Source: a virus
Taxonomy: Duplodnaviria; Heunggongvirae; Uroviricota; Caudoviricetes
Strand: one strand, 5' to 3'
DNA length: 47,864 nt
Virus record (IMG/VR): IMGVR_UViG_3300025073_000001
Made by a program: the position numbers and the translations under genes. Positions 34,697-42,247 of this stretch are shown here, one piece after another. How positions within the stretch are numbered: position 1 is the stretch's first letter; each line of letters begins with the position of its first letter. The notes beneath the pieces were generated by a model, which saw only the letters and a list, made by a program, of their open reading frames with translations, was not told where the DNA came from and searched no databases.

Positions 34697-34858
34697 ATGC
34701 TACTTCAATTTGAATGTTATACTCATCCAGAACAAATAGAAGTGATCTTCTTTGACACTGAAAAATGGAAATGGATTGAATCAGTTCATTTTCCCAGAAT
34801 TGCAATTATTCCAAATTTATCAGATTTGGAAAAATTTTTCCAAATCAACCAGAAGTAA
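34697..34858 (+). CDS. 53-aa protein MLLQFECYTHPEQ..., not in ORF track
   Basis: Translated by hand; same ATCATG start context as neighbours. Confidence 0.45.
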   Translation: MLLQFECYTHPEQIEVIFFDTEKWKWIESVHFPRIAIIPNLSDLEKFFQINQK

Positions 34859-34921
34859 TTACTTCAATAATTCTGCTGATGAACGATTTTGGATGGTCTG
34901 AACCAGAGTAGATTTGTTAAA

Positions 34922-35404
34922 TTATCCAATCAACGGTTTAAAAATCGCATAATCATATCTGATTGTGCAATTGACTTCAATCACTTCATCTGAACTTCTG
35001 TCCATTTCTCCAAAGTTCACAGATTCGTAAAACGCTCCGTGAAGTATCCAAGTTCCAAGAGGGATTTCTTCCGGAGTCAAGGTTAGAATCCTTAAATCGT
35101 GCTTGTAAACTTCGTTCCTGAAATCAATCGCATCACGGACAATTTGATGTTGTTGAAGATAAGTCCAGAATTCAGTTTGAGTTATCCCTTCAAAGTGATA
35201 ACATCTGATGTTGATTGAATTCCACTTTGTCTTTCCCTTCACGAAAAAGGATCCATTTCCATTATGTAGTTCAATTGGACTGTTTTCAATAGTTGGAAGG
35301 GTTGCGGCTCTTGCGTGAATTGTCGCAAAAGGCAACCTAGTGGTGAAAATCGTATATCTGAATTGAAGCGATGGATGAAATGCTTCTGGAACAAGTAGTC
35401 TCAT
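34922..35404 (-). CDS. tail tube protein paralog 2 (start MRLLVP; alternative TTG at 35410)
   Basis: HP.LQFRY, VKGKTKW, YKHDL, W.L.GAF, I.YDYA. Confidence 0.85.
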   Translation of the reverse strand: MRLLVPEAFHPSLQFRYTIFTTRLPFATIHARAATLPTIENSPIELHNGNGSFFVKGKTKWNSINIRCYHFEGITQTEFWTYLQQHQIVRDAIDFRNEVYKHDLRILTLTPEEIPLGTWILHGAFYESVNFGEMDRSSDEVIEVNCTIRYDYAIFKPLIG

Positions 35405-35408
35405 TTCC

Positions 35409-35500
35409 AATAAATATCAAACTTTCTGAAAAATAATTCTAAAAAGATTTGGAAGTTAATTCAGAAGAACTTACCTTTACAGTATTAATTAACTAAACAA
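35409..35500. repeat. divergent dual-promoter cassette, copy 3
   Basis: Near-identical to copy 2. Confidence 0.82.
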
Positions 35501-35511
35501 CAATAAAAATC

Positions 35512-35733
35512 ATGGCAACTGCAATTAAATTCATCGACGAAAAAGGCATTCCGAGATTCTTTCACATTGCTCCTAACACTTGGGACGAAATGACAGTTGA
35601 AATGCCTTCATGGTTAGAATCAATTTTATGTGAAGATACATTTTCAATTACAAATTTGATTTCAACCATTCAAAAAGAATTTCCAGATTGGACTTTTGAA
35701 TCAAAGCAAATTGATATTGAAAATCTATTCTAA
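35512..35733 (+). CDS. hypothetical island protein
   Basis: Single ORF behind cassette copy 3. Confidence 0.65.
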   Translation: MATAIKFIDEKGIPRFFHIAPNTWDEMTVEMPSWLESILCEDTFSITNLISTIQKEFPDWTFESKQIDIENLF

Positions 35734-35765
35734 AATTCACAAACCAGTTTTTTTGAAAAAATCAC

Positions 35766-35810
35766 AAAAATAGGGACAAGGAAATTAATCCAAGTCCCTA
35801 TTCCTTTCTT
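35766..35810. terminator. probable bidirectional terminator
   Basis: AATAGGGAC...GTCCCTATT inverted repeat with T-rich tails on both strands, between convergent genes. Confidence 0.65.
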
Positions 35811-35845
35811 TATTCCCTTTACGGGTTTAAAAGTTAAGACTAACC

Positions 35846-36091
35846 TTATTTCTGTTTGGCTAAATCTGCACTGGTTCTTGAACCTTGAAGTGCAAGCAAA
35901 ACTGTTCCGAGCCATTGGATTGCAGTTGCAGCCCATTCTGGAAGCGTGATAATTCCGGCCAATGAGCCTTGGTCTGCAAAATAAACGATTGTCATTAATA
36001 GAATAACGATCAAAGTTGCAACTTTGGCATTTTTAGCCTTGAATTTGTCCCAAAGGTTGACTAATAAATCAACTAAAAATTGTGGAACCAT
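35846..36091 (-). CDS. holin-like small membrane protein
   Basis: 81 aa, two hydrophobic helices, basic C-terminus. Confidence 0.5.
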   Translation of the reverse strand: MVPQFLVDLLVNLWDKFKAKNAKVATLIVILLMTIVYFADQGSLAGIITLPEWAATAIQWLGTVLLALQGSRTSADLAKQK

Positions 36092-36137
36092 TTTTTATTT
36101 CCTCTTTTATTTTTTATTTAATTGCGCGAACTTGCGC

Positions 36138-36611
36138 TTATGAATATGTAGCATAATCATAACAAACGGTGATTTCTGCCGTTGAAACGTCATCAGTTCC
36201 TCTATCATGTGAACCCCATGCAACTGTTTCAAAGAATGCTCCAACCAGTTTCCAAGTACCAACAGGTGCTTCATCTGGTCCAAGTAACATCAATTGAAGG
36301 TCGTGCTTGTAAGAAGGTGCTCTGGTGTCAGTAGCGGATTCAACTGCTTGGTGCTCTTGTAAATAACCCCAAAGTTCAGTTGCTGTAATTCCTTCAAAGT
36401 TGTATGCAGACAGTGTAATTGAATCCCATCTCAACTTACCTTTCACTTTCATGTAAGAGTTGACATATTCAACCGTAACTGGTGCTCCTTGTGCAGTTGG
36501 CTGAGTTGCAGCCTTGCAGTAAATTTGTGCTCCAGGAAGTTTTGACGTAGTCACCCAATATCTAAATTGTAGAATTGGGTGATGTGCATCTGGAACTATT
36601 AATCTTGGCAT
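36138..36611 (-). CDS. tail tube protein paralog 1 (probable major tube)
   Basis: Directly after sheath; HP.LQFRY, KVKGK..W..ITL, YKHDL, WKLVGAF, YDYA. Confidence 0.88.
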   Translation of the reverse strand: MPRLIVPDAHHPILQFRYWVTTSKLPGAQIYCKAATQPTAQGAPVTVEYVNSYMKVKGKLRWDSITLSAYNFEGITATELWGYLQEHQAVESATDTRAPSYKHDLQLMLLGPDEAPVGTWKLVGAFFETVAWGSHDRGTDDVSTAEITVCYDYATYS

Positions 36612-36633
36612 ATTCTATTTTCCTTTTCTTTAT

Positions 36634-36650
36634 TGTAATTATCCAAACTT
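36634..36650 (-). promoter_or_regulatory. putative late promoter AAGTTTGGATAATTACA
   Basis: Variant of recurring motif. Confidence 0.5.
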
Positions 36651-36665
36651 GAAAACTTTCCTTTC

Positions 36666-38510
36666 TTACTCATTAGTATCAGTTGGGAAAAGTGCTCCAG
36701 TTGGCAGAATTACAAAGTCAACAATGATGAATTCCGCAGTCTTTGCTGGTTTCAAGTAAATTTGACATCTCATTTCATTGCGGTCAATTACGTCTGGCGT
36801 ATTGTTTGATTCGTCAATGATGATCCGATAATCGTACAAACCTTGTTGGTTTCTAACTCTTCTGAAATACGGATCGGTTAATTCAATGAATCTCGCTCTA
36901 GTTTCAACCGTGTTATTCTCAAACACCAAGTATTTAACAGTGTAAGCAACAAATCTCTTCGCATCAATTAACAATCTACGAACGTTAATACGGTCAAGTG
37001 CTGATTGCTTTTTCTGCAATGTCTTCTGACCCCAAACCGTGATTCCTTGTCTTGGGAAAGTTGCAATTGGATTTACAGATTTAATGTATAAGTTATCTCT
37101 GTCACCTTGTGTCATTAAACGTTCAGTCTGAATAACTGTATCAAGAACACCTCTGTTCAAACCTGCTGGAGCGTACCAAGGATGTGCAATCAAGTCGTTA
37201 AAAGAATAAACTGCTGAAACAACTGCCGAAGGTGGAACCCAAATGTTTCTTCCCAAATCTGGATCTGGAATCATGCACCAAGGATAGTACATTGCGGCAT
37301 AATTGGTATTTCTTGCTTCTGCGGCTAATTGTGCTTGCCCAACTGTTGAACCTTTGTAAGTTGGATCAATGACATACATAACATCACCTCTGTCCTCGCA
37401 CATATTAATCGCTCTCGTAATCATTGCACCGTGACCTGTCAAGTTGTCCATCAAACCAGGAGTAAATAACAAGTTAATGTCAAACTGATCTTTGTTTGAT
37501 AAAATATTAATAGCATCGTCATATGCCGTATATCCCCAAGATGCAGATGCTGGATTGAAACCTTGTGTATTGGTTGCAAAAATCAACTCATTCATCGCTC
37601 TTGGATGAATAACGTTACCTTCTGAACCTCCACCAAATGTTCCAGATACTGCCGCTGGCAATGAACCTGAAAGTGAAGCATCACGAATTGAACCGTTTGA
37701 ATTGATGTAGTTCAAAGTGTTTCTGACTGCTTCAATTCTGATAAATCTTGAACGGTTTGGATATGAACCTGAACGTTCTAAGTAAGGAGCACCATTTGAA
37801 TCATATCTCAAAGTGTTAACTTGGTCGCCAACTACTTTTGCAATGTAGTTTTGAGTATTTGGATCCAAAGAAACTTGCGAATATTGCTCTAAAAGAACTT
37901 TTCTGTTCTCAATGTCATCACCTCTTCTGATGTAAAGATCAAAAACACCTCTGGATGGATCAACGTTTGCAATTTCCCATCTTGCATTGAATTGTGATCC
38001 AGTTAACAACAAATTGTTTGTAGTTGAATCACTTTCATATCCTGAACCAGATACTGCTGCGCCAGTCGCACCTGAGTTCATTATATCGCCGTCTGATAAT
38101 GAAACGATTTTAAACGCCATGTCTGCTGCACCATAAGTTGCTGAAGCAGTGTTGGCTAAGTTGAAAACGTGCGAACCTGAATCAATGACGTAAGAATACG
38201 CTGGCTGGTAGTTTGCATTCAGAATTTTTACAACTGTTACAACCTGACCATACTTGATATATTCTTGTACGCAATGCGTAGTCAAATATTTATACATTCT
38301 CTCTGACGCACCTGAGCCAGAAATGAACGTATCTCCGAACCAACGAATGTATTCTGAATAATTGCTGATTGGTGTTGGGACGAACGCTGGTCCACGAACG
38401 GTCGGTCCAATGACTGCCGCGCCAACGGCAGGGATTTCTTGTGGACGAAAAGATAAGTCTTGCTCACGAGTAAATACGCCCGGACTTAAAAATATATTAC
38501 TGCTTGCCAA
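36666..38510 (-). CDS. tail sheath protein (T4 gp18-like)
   Basis: SPGVFTREQD, GPT.RGP, YYPW, PPS, PWYAPAG.NRG, WGQKT, INVRRL, FE.N, P.K.AEFI. Confidence 0.96.
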   Translation of the reverse strand: MASSNIFLSPGVFTREQDLSFRPQEIPAVGAAVIGPTVRGPAFVPTPISNYSEYIRWFGDTFISGSGASERMYKYLTTHCVQEYIKYGQVVTVVKILNANYQPAYSYVIDSGSHVFNLANTASATYGAADMAFKIVSLSDGDIMNSGATGAAVSGSGYESDSTTNNLLLTGSQFNARWEIANVDPSRGVFDLYIRRGDDIENRKVLLEQYSQVSLDPNTQNYIAKVVGDQVNTLRYDSNGAPYLERSGSYPNRSRFIRIEAVRNTLNYINSNGSIRDASLSGSLPAAVSGTFGGGSEGNVIHPRAMNELIFATNTQGFNPASASWGYTAYDDAINILSNKDQFDINLLFTPGLMDNLTGHGAMITRAINMCEDRGDVMYVIDPTYKGSTVGQAQLAAEARNTNYAAMYYPWCMIPDPDLGRNIWVPPSAVVSAVYSFNDLIAHPWYAPAGLNRGVLDTVIQTERLMTQGDRDNLYIKSVNPIATFPRQGITVWGQKTLQKKQSALDRINVRRLLIDAKRFVAYTVKYLVFENNTVETRARFIELTDPYFRRVRNQQGLYDYRIIIDESNNTPDVIDRNEMRCQIYLKPAKTAEFIIVDFVILPTGALFPTDTNE

Positions 38511-38535
38511 TAGTTTTTCCTCATTTTATTTTGAG

Positions 38536-39540
38536 TTATTTATTAATTGTACTATTTTGTTTTTTCTTTGGATAATAAATTTTACCTAAACTCCATCCGT
38601 CTTTAAGATATTTTTCAATTTGTTTTGGAGGAATTTGATCATTACGTCTGAGTTCTTGATTCGTTATCCAAATAGTTTTGAATTTAAAGTCGATTTTACC
38701 CTCTTTCCAATTTTCACGTTTAAATTCTTCTAATTTTTCTGGATATATCATTGTTGACTTTTCCAATGCAACATTATAAATCCAAATTTTTCCCTTTGTT
38801 GCATTTACTAACTCACCACTTTCAATTCTTGGATCATCTGTTGAAACTCTAAATTCATTTCCATCTTTATCTCTAACATTAACTTTTTTGAGATTAGCAT
38901 CTCTCATCTTTTGAATTGCTTGTTCGGAATGTTTATTTTCCGACCAATACTCTTTCATAAATTCAATGTGTTTTTTAGTAGTTTCTTCCGGACGTTTTGA
39001 TCCTAAATTTGAACTAACAAGTTCTCCAGAAAGCCAACGAGGATCATCGTTTTTAACGCAAAAAACATTTCCTTCTAAATCTTTAACTTTAATCATTCCG
39101 TGTAAATTATGTTTTAATTCTCCTGATAAATATCTTGGGTCATTTTTTGAAATCCTGAAAGTATTTCCGTCTTTATCTTTAACGGTCAAAAATCCAGTAT
39201 TTGCTTCACGCAACTTTTTCTTAAAATTGTCACCATGAGTTTTTCCAAGCATTCCTTTCCCACCAGTATTGTCAAAAATATTATAATTGTCTTCTCGTTG
39301 GACGAAATCTTCAGTCAGAAGTTCTAATTCCTTTTTGATCATTTCATCGACAGTGGCAAAATCAAATAAAATTTCTTTTTTAAAATTTGATCTTCCGTGT
39401 TCCTTGATGGCTTTTTTGATTTCATTTCCTGAACCGAAATAATTGTCGTTTATCTTGTTAGTTGAATGACGACCAATGTAAATCTTTCCGTTGACTAAGT
39501 TTGTAATCTGATAAATTAAATTATGTTTCTTTTCTAACAT
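38536..39540 (-). CDS. GIY-YIG homing endonuclease (Seg-like)
   Basis: IYQITNLVNGKIYIGRH, YFGSG; three V.D..GN.F.....DPR..SGEL repeats. Confidence 0.88.
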   Translation of the reverse strand: MLEKKHNLIYQITNLVNGKIYIGRHSTNKINDNYFGSGNEIKKAIKEHGRSNFKKEILFDFATVDEMIKKELELLTEDFVQREDNYNIFDNTGGKGMLGKTHGDNFKKKLREANTGFLTVKDKDGNTFRISKNDPRYLSGELKHNLHGMIKVKDLEGNVFCVKNDDPRWLSGELVSSNLGSKRPEETTKKHIEFMKEYWSENKHSEQAIQKMRDANLKKVNVRDKDGNEFRVSTDDPRIESGELVNATKGKIWIYNVALEKSTMIYPEKLEEFKRENWKEGKIDFKFKTIWITNQELRRNDQIPPKQIEKYLKDGWSLGKIYYPKKKQNSTINK

Positions 39541-39617
39541 TGAACAAGTTTATTTCCTATAATTATACTCAAAAAATTTGAAACCAAATCGGTCAAAAAC
39601 GATTACTGAATTACTAA

Positions 39618-39845
39618 TTAAGATCTATATTTTGCTTTTAAATAATATTTTTCATTTAAATATTTGACAATTGCAGCAGGGATTTCATTTTCATCTGCGG
39701 TAACTCCGGAAGATTTTGAATCAATTTCATTAATTGCCTTTTCTATGACAATAGCAACAATTCTCATATCAACTGATTCATTCAATCTTCTCCTTACTTC
39801 TTTCCTGATGTAACTTTCGATCAACTTTTCTTGCTTTGCTGTCAT
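39618..39845 (-). CDS. small protein with MTAKQEKLIESYIRK...LNE leader
   Basis: Leader near-identical to that of 41579-41890. Confidence 0.6.
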   Translation of the reverse strand: MTAKQEKLIESYIRKEVRRRLNESVDMRIVAIVIEKAINEIDSKSSGVTADENEIPAAIVKYLNEKYYLKAKYRS

Positions 39846-39865
39846 ATTATTTCCTTTTTAATTAT

Positions 39866-40735
39866 TTATCGAATATTCCTTTTTAATCCAGTTTGTAATC
39901 TATTTGAAGTGGGATCAATATTTGGTTGAGTTATATCTGCAATTTGATCGAATAATATTTGTTCCGTTCCTTCTTGGAGGAACTTGACTGTTTTGATTGA
40001 ATATGCTTTTTGAATGTTTGATTCTTGATAAGTGAATTCATTCCTTAAATATCCATCAACTTGAAGAGCCATTGTTGTCTTGACTAATCTATCTTCTCCT
40101 GGAATATTTACATTTTCATGAGCGGTTGAAGTAATTACGGTTCTAAATTTCCAATAATCACCCCACATATGACCATCAAAATCTATCAGTTGCTGAACCA
40201 GAACATTCATTTGTTCCTGTAAATCAGTCCAAATAATTAAATCATAAGTTAACCTGACGTAGGTTGGAATTTGTAATAAATAATATTCAACTGATTCTTT
40301 TCTAGCATATTGACCTGCAACTTTATCGTATTGCATCCCATTGGTTCTATATGGGATTAACTTGGTTGAATTAGCAAATGTTGAAGTTTGACCTGGGAAC
40401 ATTGCGATTCTATCATCATTGGCAACATCATTTCTCTTGATTATTATTAATGGGGATTGAATCTTTTTTGATGCGTCCCTAAGGTAGCCCATTGATCGAA
40501 CCTGAGCCCATTTCTCACCATTGCTGAACATGACAGGAACTGGAATTGAAACATCGTTTTCAATTATTTTTGGTTTCCAAACTTCCTGCAAATGGTAGAA
40601 AATTCCAAAATCTATATCAAAAAGAGTTACCTTCGGAACCTTGACCACATCTGAACGACGATCCATTTGTTCCGCTCTATTGGCGTTTGAATCAACGGTT
40701 CTTCCGTCCTGATATGCGGCTATTTTTGGCTTCAA
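39866..40735 (-). CDS. tail terminator / sheath stabiliser (T4 gp15-like)
   Basis: L.DID, VPVM....EKW, PLI.I.R, P.YV...Y...IWT...EQMN; position between neck and sheath. Confidence 0.7.
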   Translation of the reverse strand: MKPKIAAYQDGRTVDSNANRAEQMDRRSDVVKVPKVTLFDIDFGIFYHLQEVWKPKIIENDVSIPVPVMFSNGEKWAQVRSMGYLRDASKKIQSPLIIIKRNDVANDDRIAMFPGQTSTFANSTKLIPYRTNGMQYDKVAGQYARKESVEYYLLQIPTYVRLTYDLIIWTDLQEQMNVLVQQLIDFDGHMWGDYWKFRTVITSTAHENVNIPGEDRLVKTTMALQVDGYLRNEFTYQESNIQKAYSIKTVKFLQEGTEQILFDQIADITQPNIDPTSNRLQTGLKRNIR

Positions 40736-41284
40736 TTATAGGTTCCTTGGTAAATTATTATTTGTTCTAACTGTATTCAATCCACTGCGAACGTTAACTA
40801 AATTTAATTGTGATATTCTAGTTTGATGTGTTGAACATTTGACTGCAACGTTGTAACCGAATCCATAGTTGCTCCGGCCTTCAGTGGTAATTGGTAAAGT
40901 ATCCGGGTTCCTTCCGAACCAATATTGATTTTCTACCGTGTTGTCAATTTCAAAGTATTTTTCATTGAACTTGATCACATCTCCAGTTTCAATCACCAAG
41001 TCAATATCTTTCAAATCATCCCTTAGAAAATTGAAAGTTACTAATTGATTAACTTGCATCCCTGTATCTTGATCGTCCATTGAAATATCTTCCTTTAAAA
41101 CAAGGCAGAATAACCTGACTGGATCGAAATATTTCTTAGAAGTCGATTCTTGATAAATCGTGACGTTTGAATCAATCAAAGAGAGTTTGAAGAACGCAAT
41201 CTCGACTGAAATTATGTCAGAAATTACTTCTTTAGATATGTGTTTAATTAATAATGCGTCTCGACTGGATCCAAATAAGCTCAA
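40736..41284 (-). CDS. neck / head-closure protein (T4 gp14-like)
   Basis: MSLFG..RD, N..IY.E, F.FLR.DL, E.GD.I.....YFEID. Confidence 0.7.
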   Translation of the reverse strand: MSLFGSSRDALLIKHISKEVISDIISVEIAFFKLSLIDSNVTIYQESTSKKYFDPVRLFCLVLKEDISMDDQDTGMQVNQLVTFNFLRDDLKDIDLVIETGDVIKFNEKYFEIDNTVENQYWFGRNPDTLPITTEGRSNYGFGYNVAVKCSTHQTRISQLNLVNVRSGLNTVRTNNNLPRNL

Positions 41285-41297
41285 GTTAAATTCCTAA

Positions 41298-41582
41298 TTA
41301 AATCAATCCTTTTTTACCGCTGTTAGAAAATACTCTAACCGCTTCTTGAATTTGAAGTGATGATTTTTTTAAAAATTCTTGGATTGGTTCAATTCTCTTG
41401 TTTCCAAACCAAACATAACCTTCTTTCAATGTCATCGGAGCATTTGGATACTTTCCAGACAAGATTTTGGATAGATTGGAAAAGCGTTGTTTTGCCTTTT
41501 CATCTAACTTTGCCTTTTCTGGTTCTGTTTTTGCTGAAAGGTTCTGTTTGAAGAACCGCTCGTAATTTTCTTTTAAATTCAT
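41298..41582 (-). CDS. small protein with MNLKE leader
   Basis: ORF in neck operon; several L/V-x-E sites. Confidence 0.55.
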   Translation of the reverse strand: MNLKENYERFFKQNLSAKTEPEKAKLDEKAKQRFSNLSKILSGKYPNAPMTLKEGYVWFGNKRIEPIQEFLKKSSLQIQEAVRVFSNSGKKGLI

Positions 41583-41890
41583 TTTGTTCCTATTCTTTGT
41601 CTTTGACCTGGTGAAATTGATCTAACTGTGGTTGATTGTGGGTCATAATTTGAAAAATATTCAACAATTCTCCTCATTTGCTTCAACGTGAATTGAACTC
41701 CGTGAACACCAGTTTCAGTTTTTTGTGAAATATAAAGCGTTGTACCGACTCCACCAACGACTAATGCATCTTTCTGACCATCAGCAGGGATGATTATCTT
41801 TGCTTCTGACAGCATTGACTTCTCTTTCAGAGACTGACGAACTTGCTTTCTGATGTATGATTCAATTAATTTTTCTTGTTTTTCTGTCAT
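41579..41890 (-). CDS. small protein with MTEKQEKLIESYIRK...LKE leader (start revised)
   Basis: AAAGGA upstream of ATG at 41890. Confidence 0.6.
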   Translation of the reverse strand: MTEKQEKLIESYIRKQVRQSLKEKSMLSEAKIIIPADGQKDALVVGGVGTTLYISQKTETGVHGVQFTLKQMRRIVEYFSNYDPQSTTVRSISPGQRQRIGTK

Positions 41891-41901
41891 GGACTTGTCC
41901 T

Positions 41902-42204
41902 TTAAACGTAAGCAACCCATGACGCAGAAACGGCAGCAGCATTGATTAGACCTGAACCTGATCCGTAGAATCTCAAAGTTGAACCGGATGCGTTTCTGTT
42001 AACAACTGTGATTGAATATTGTGGCGTTGCGACTGACGCACCTTCCTGTAATGGAGTAGCAAGAACGACTCTTGGAGCAGCAGAAAGTGTGTGAAGAACG
42101 ACTAACGAACCTGAGTTGTCAGTTGAACCTGAAATTACACCTGATGCGAATGTTGGTTGAGTTGCATCATACTGTTGTTGGGTTTGAAATTTTGCTCTTG
42201 GCAT
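41902..42204 (-). CDS. small beta-rich virion protein (decoration or fibre-tip-like)
   Basis: H.L...P.VV..T...F......SW.A pattern; own late motif at 42238-42253. Confidence 0.5.
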   Translation of the reverse strand: MPRAKFQTQQQYDATQPTFASGVISGSTDNSGSLVVLHTLSAAPRVVLATPLQEGASVATPQYSITVVNRNASGSTLRFYGSGSGLINAAAVSASWVAYV

Positions 42205-42247
42205 TTGTTATTTTGTTCCTTTATTTTAATAGTTTTCAATAAATATC

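Noticed and set aside
28349-35500. Dispersed repeats as a CRISPR array, IS ends or DGR template/variable repeats
   Set aside because: Kilobase, irregular spacing; no terminal inverted repeats, transposase, cas or reverse transcriptase; differences are not adenine-specific.
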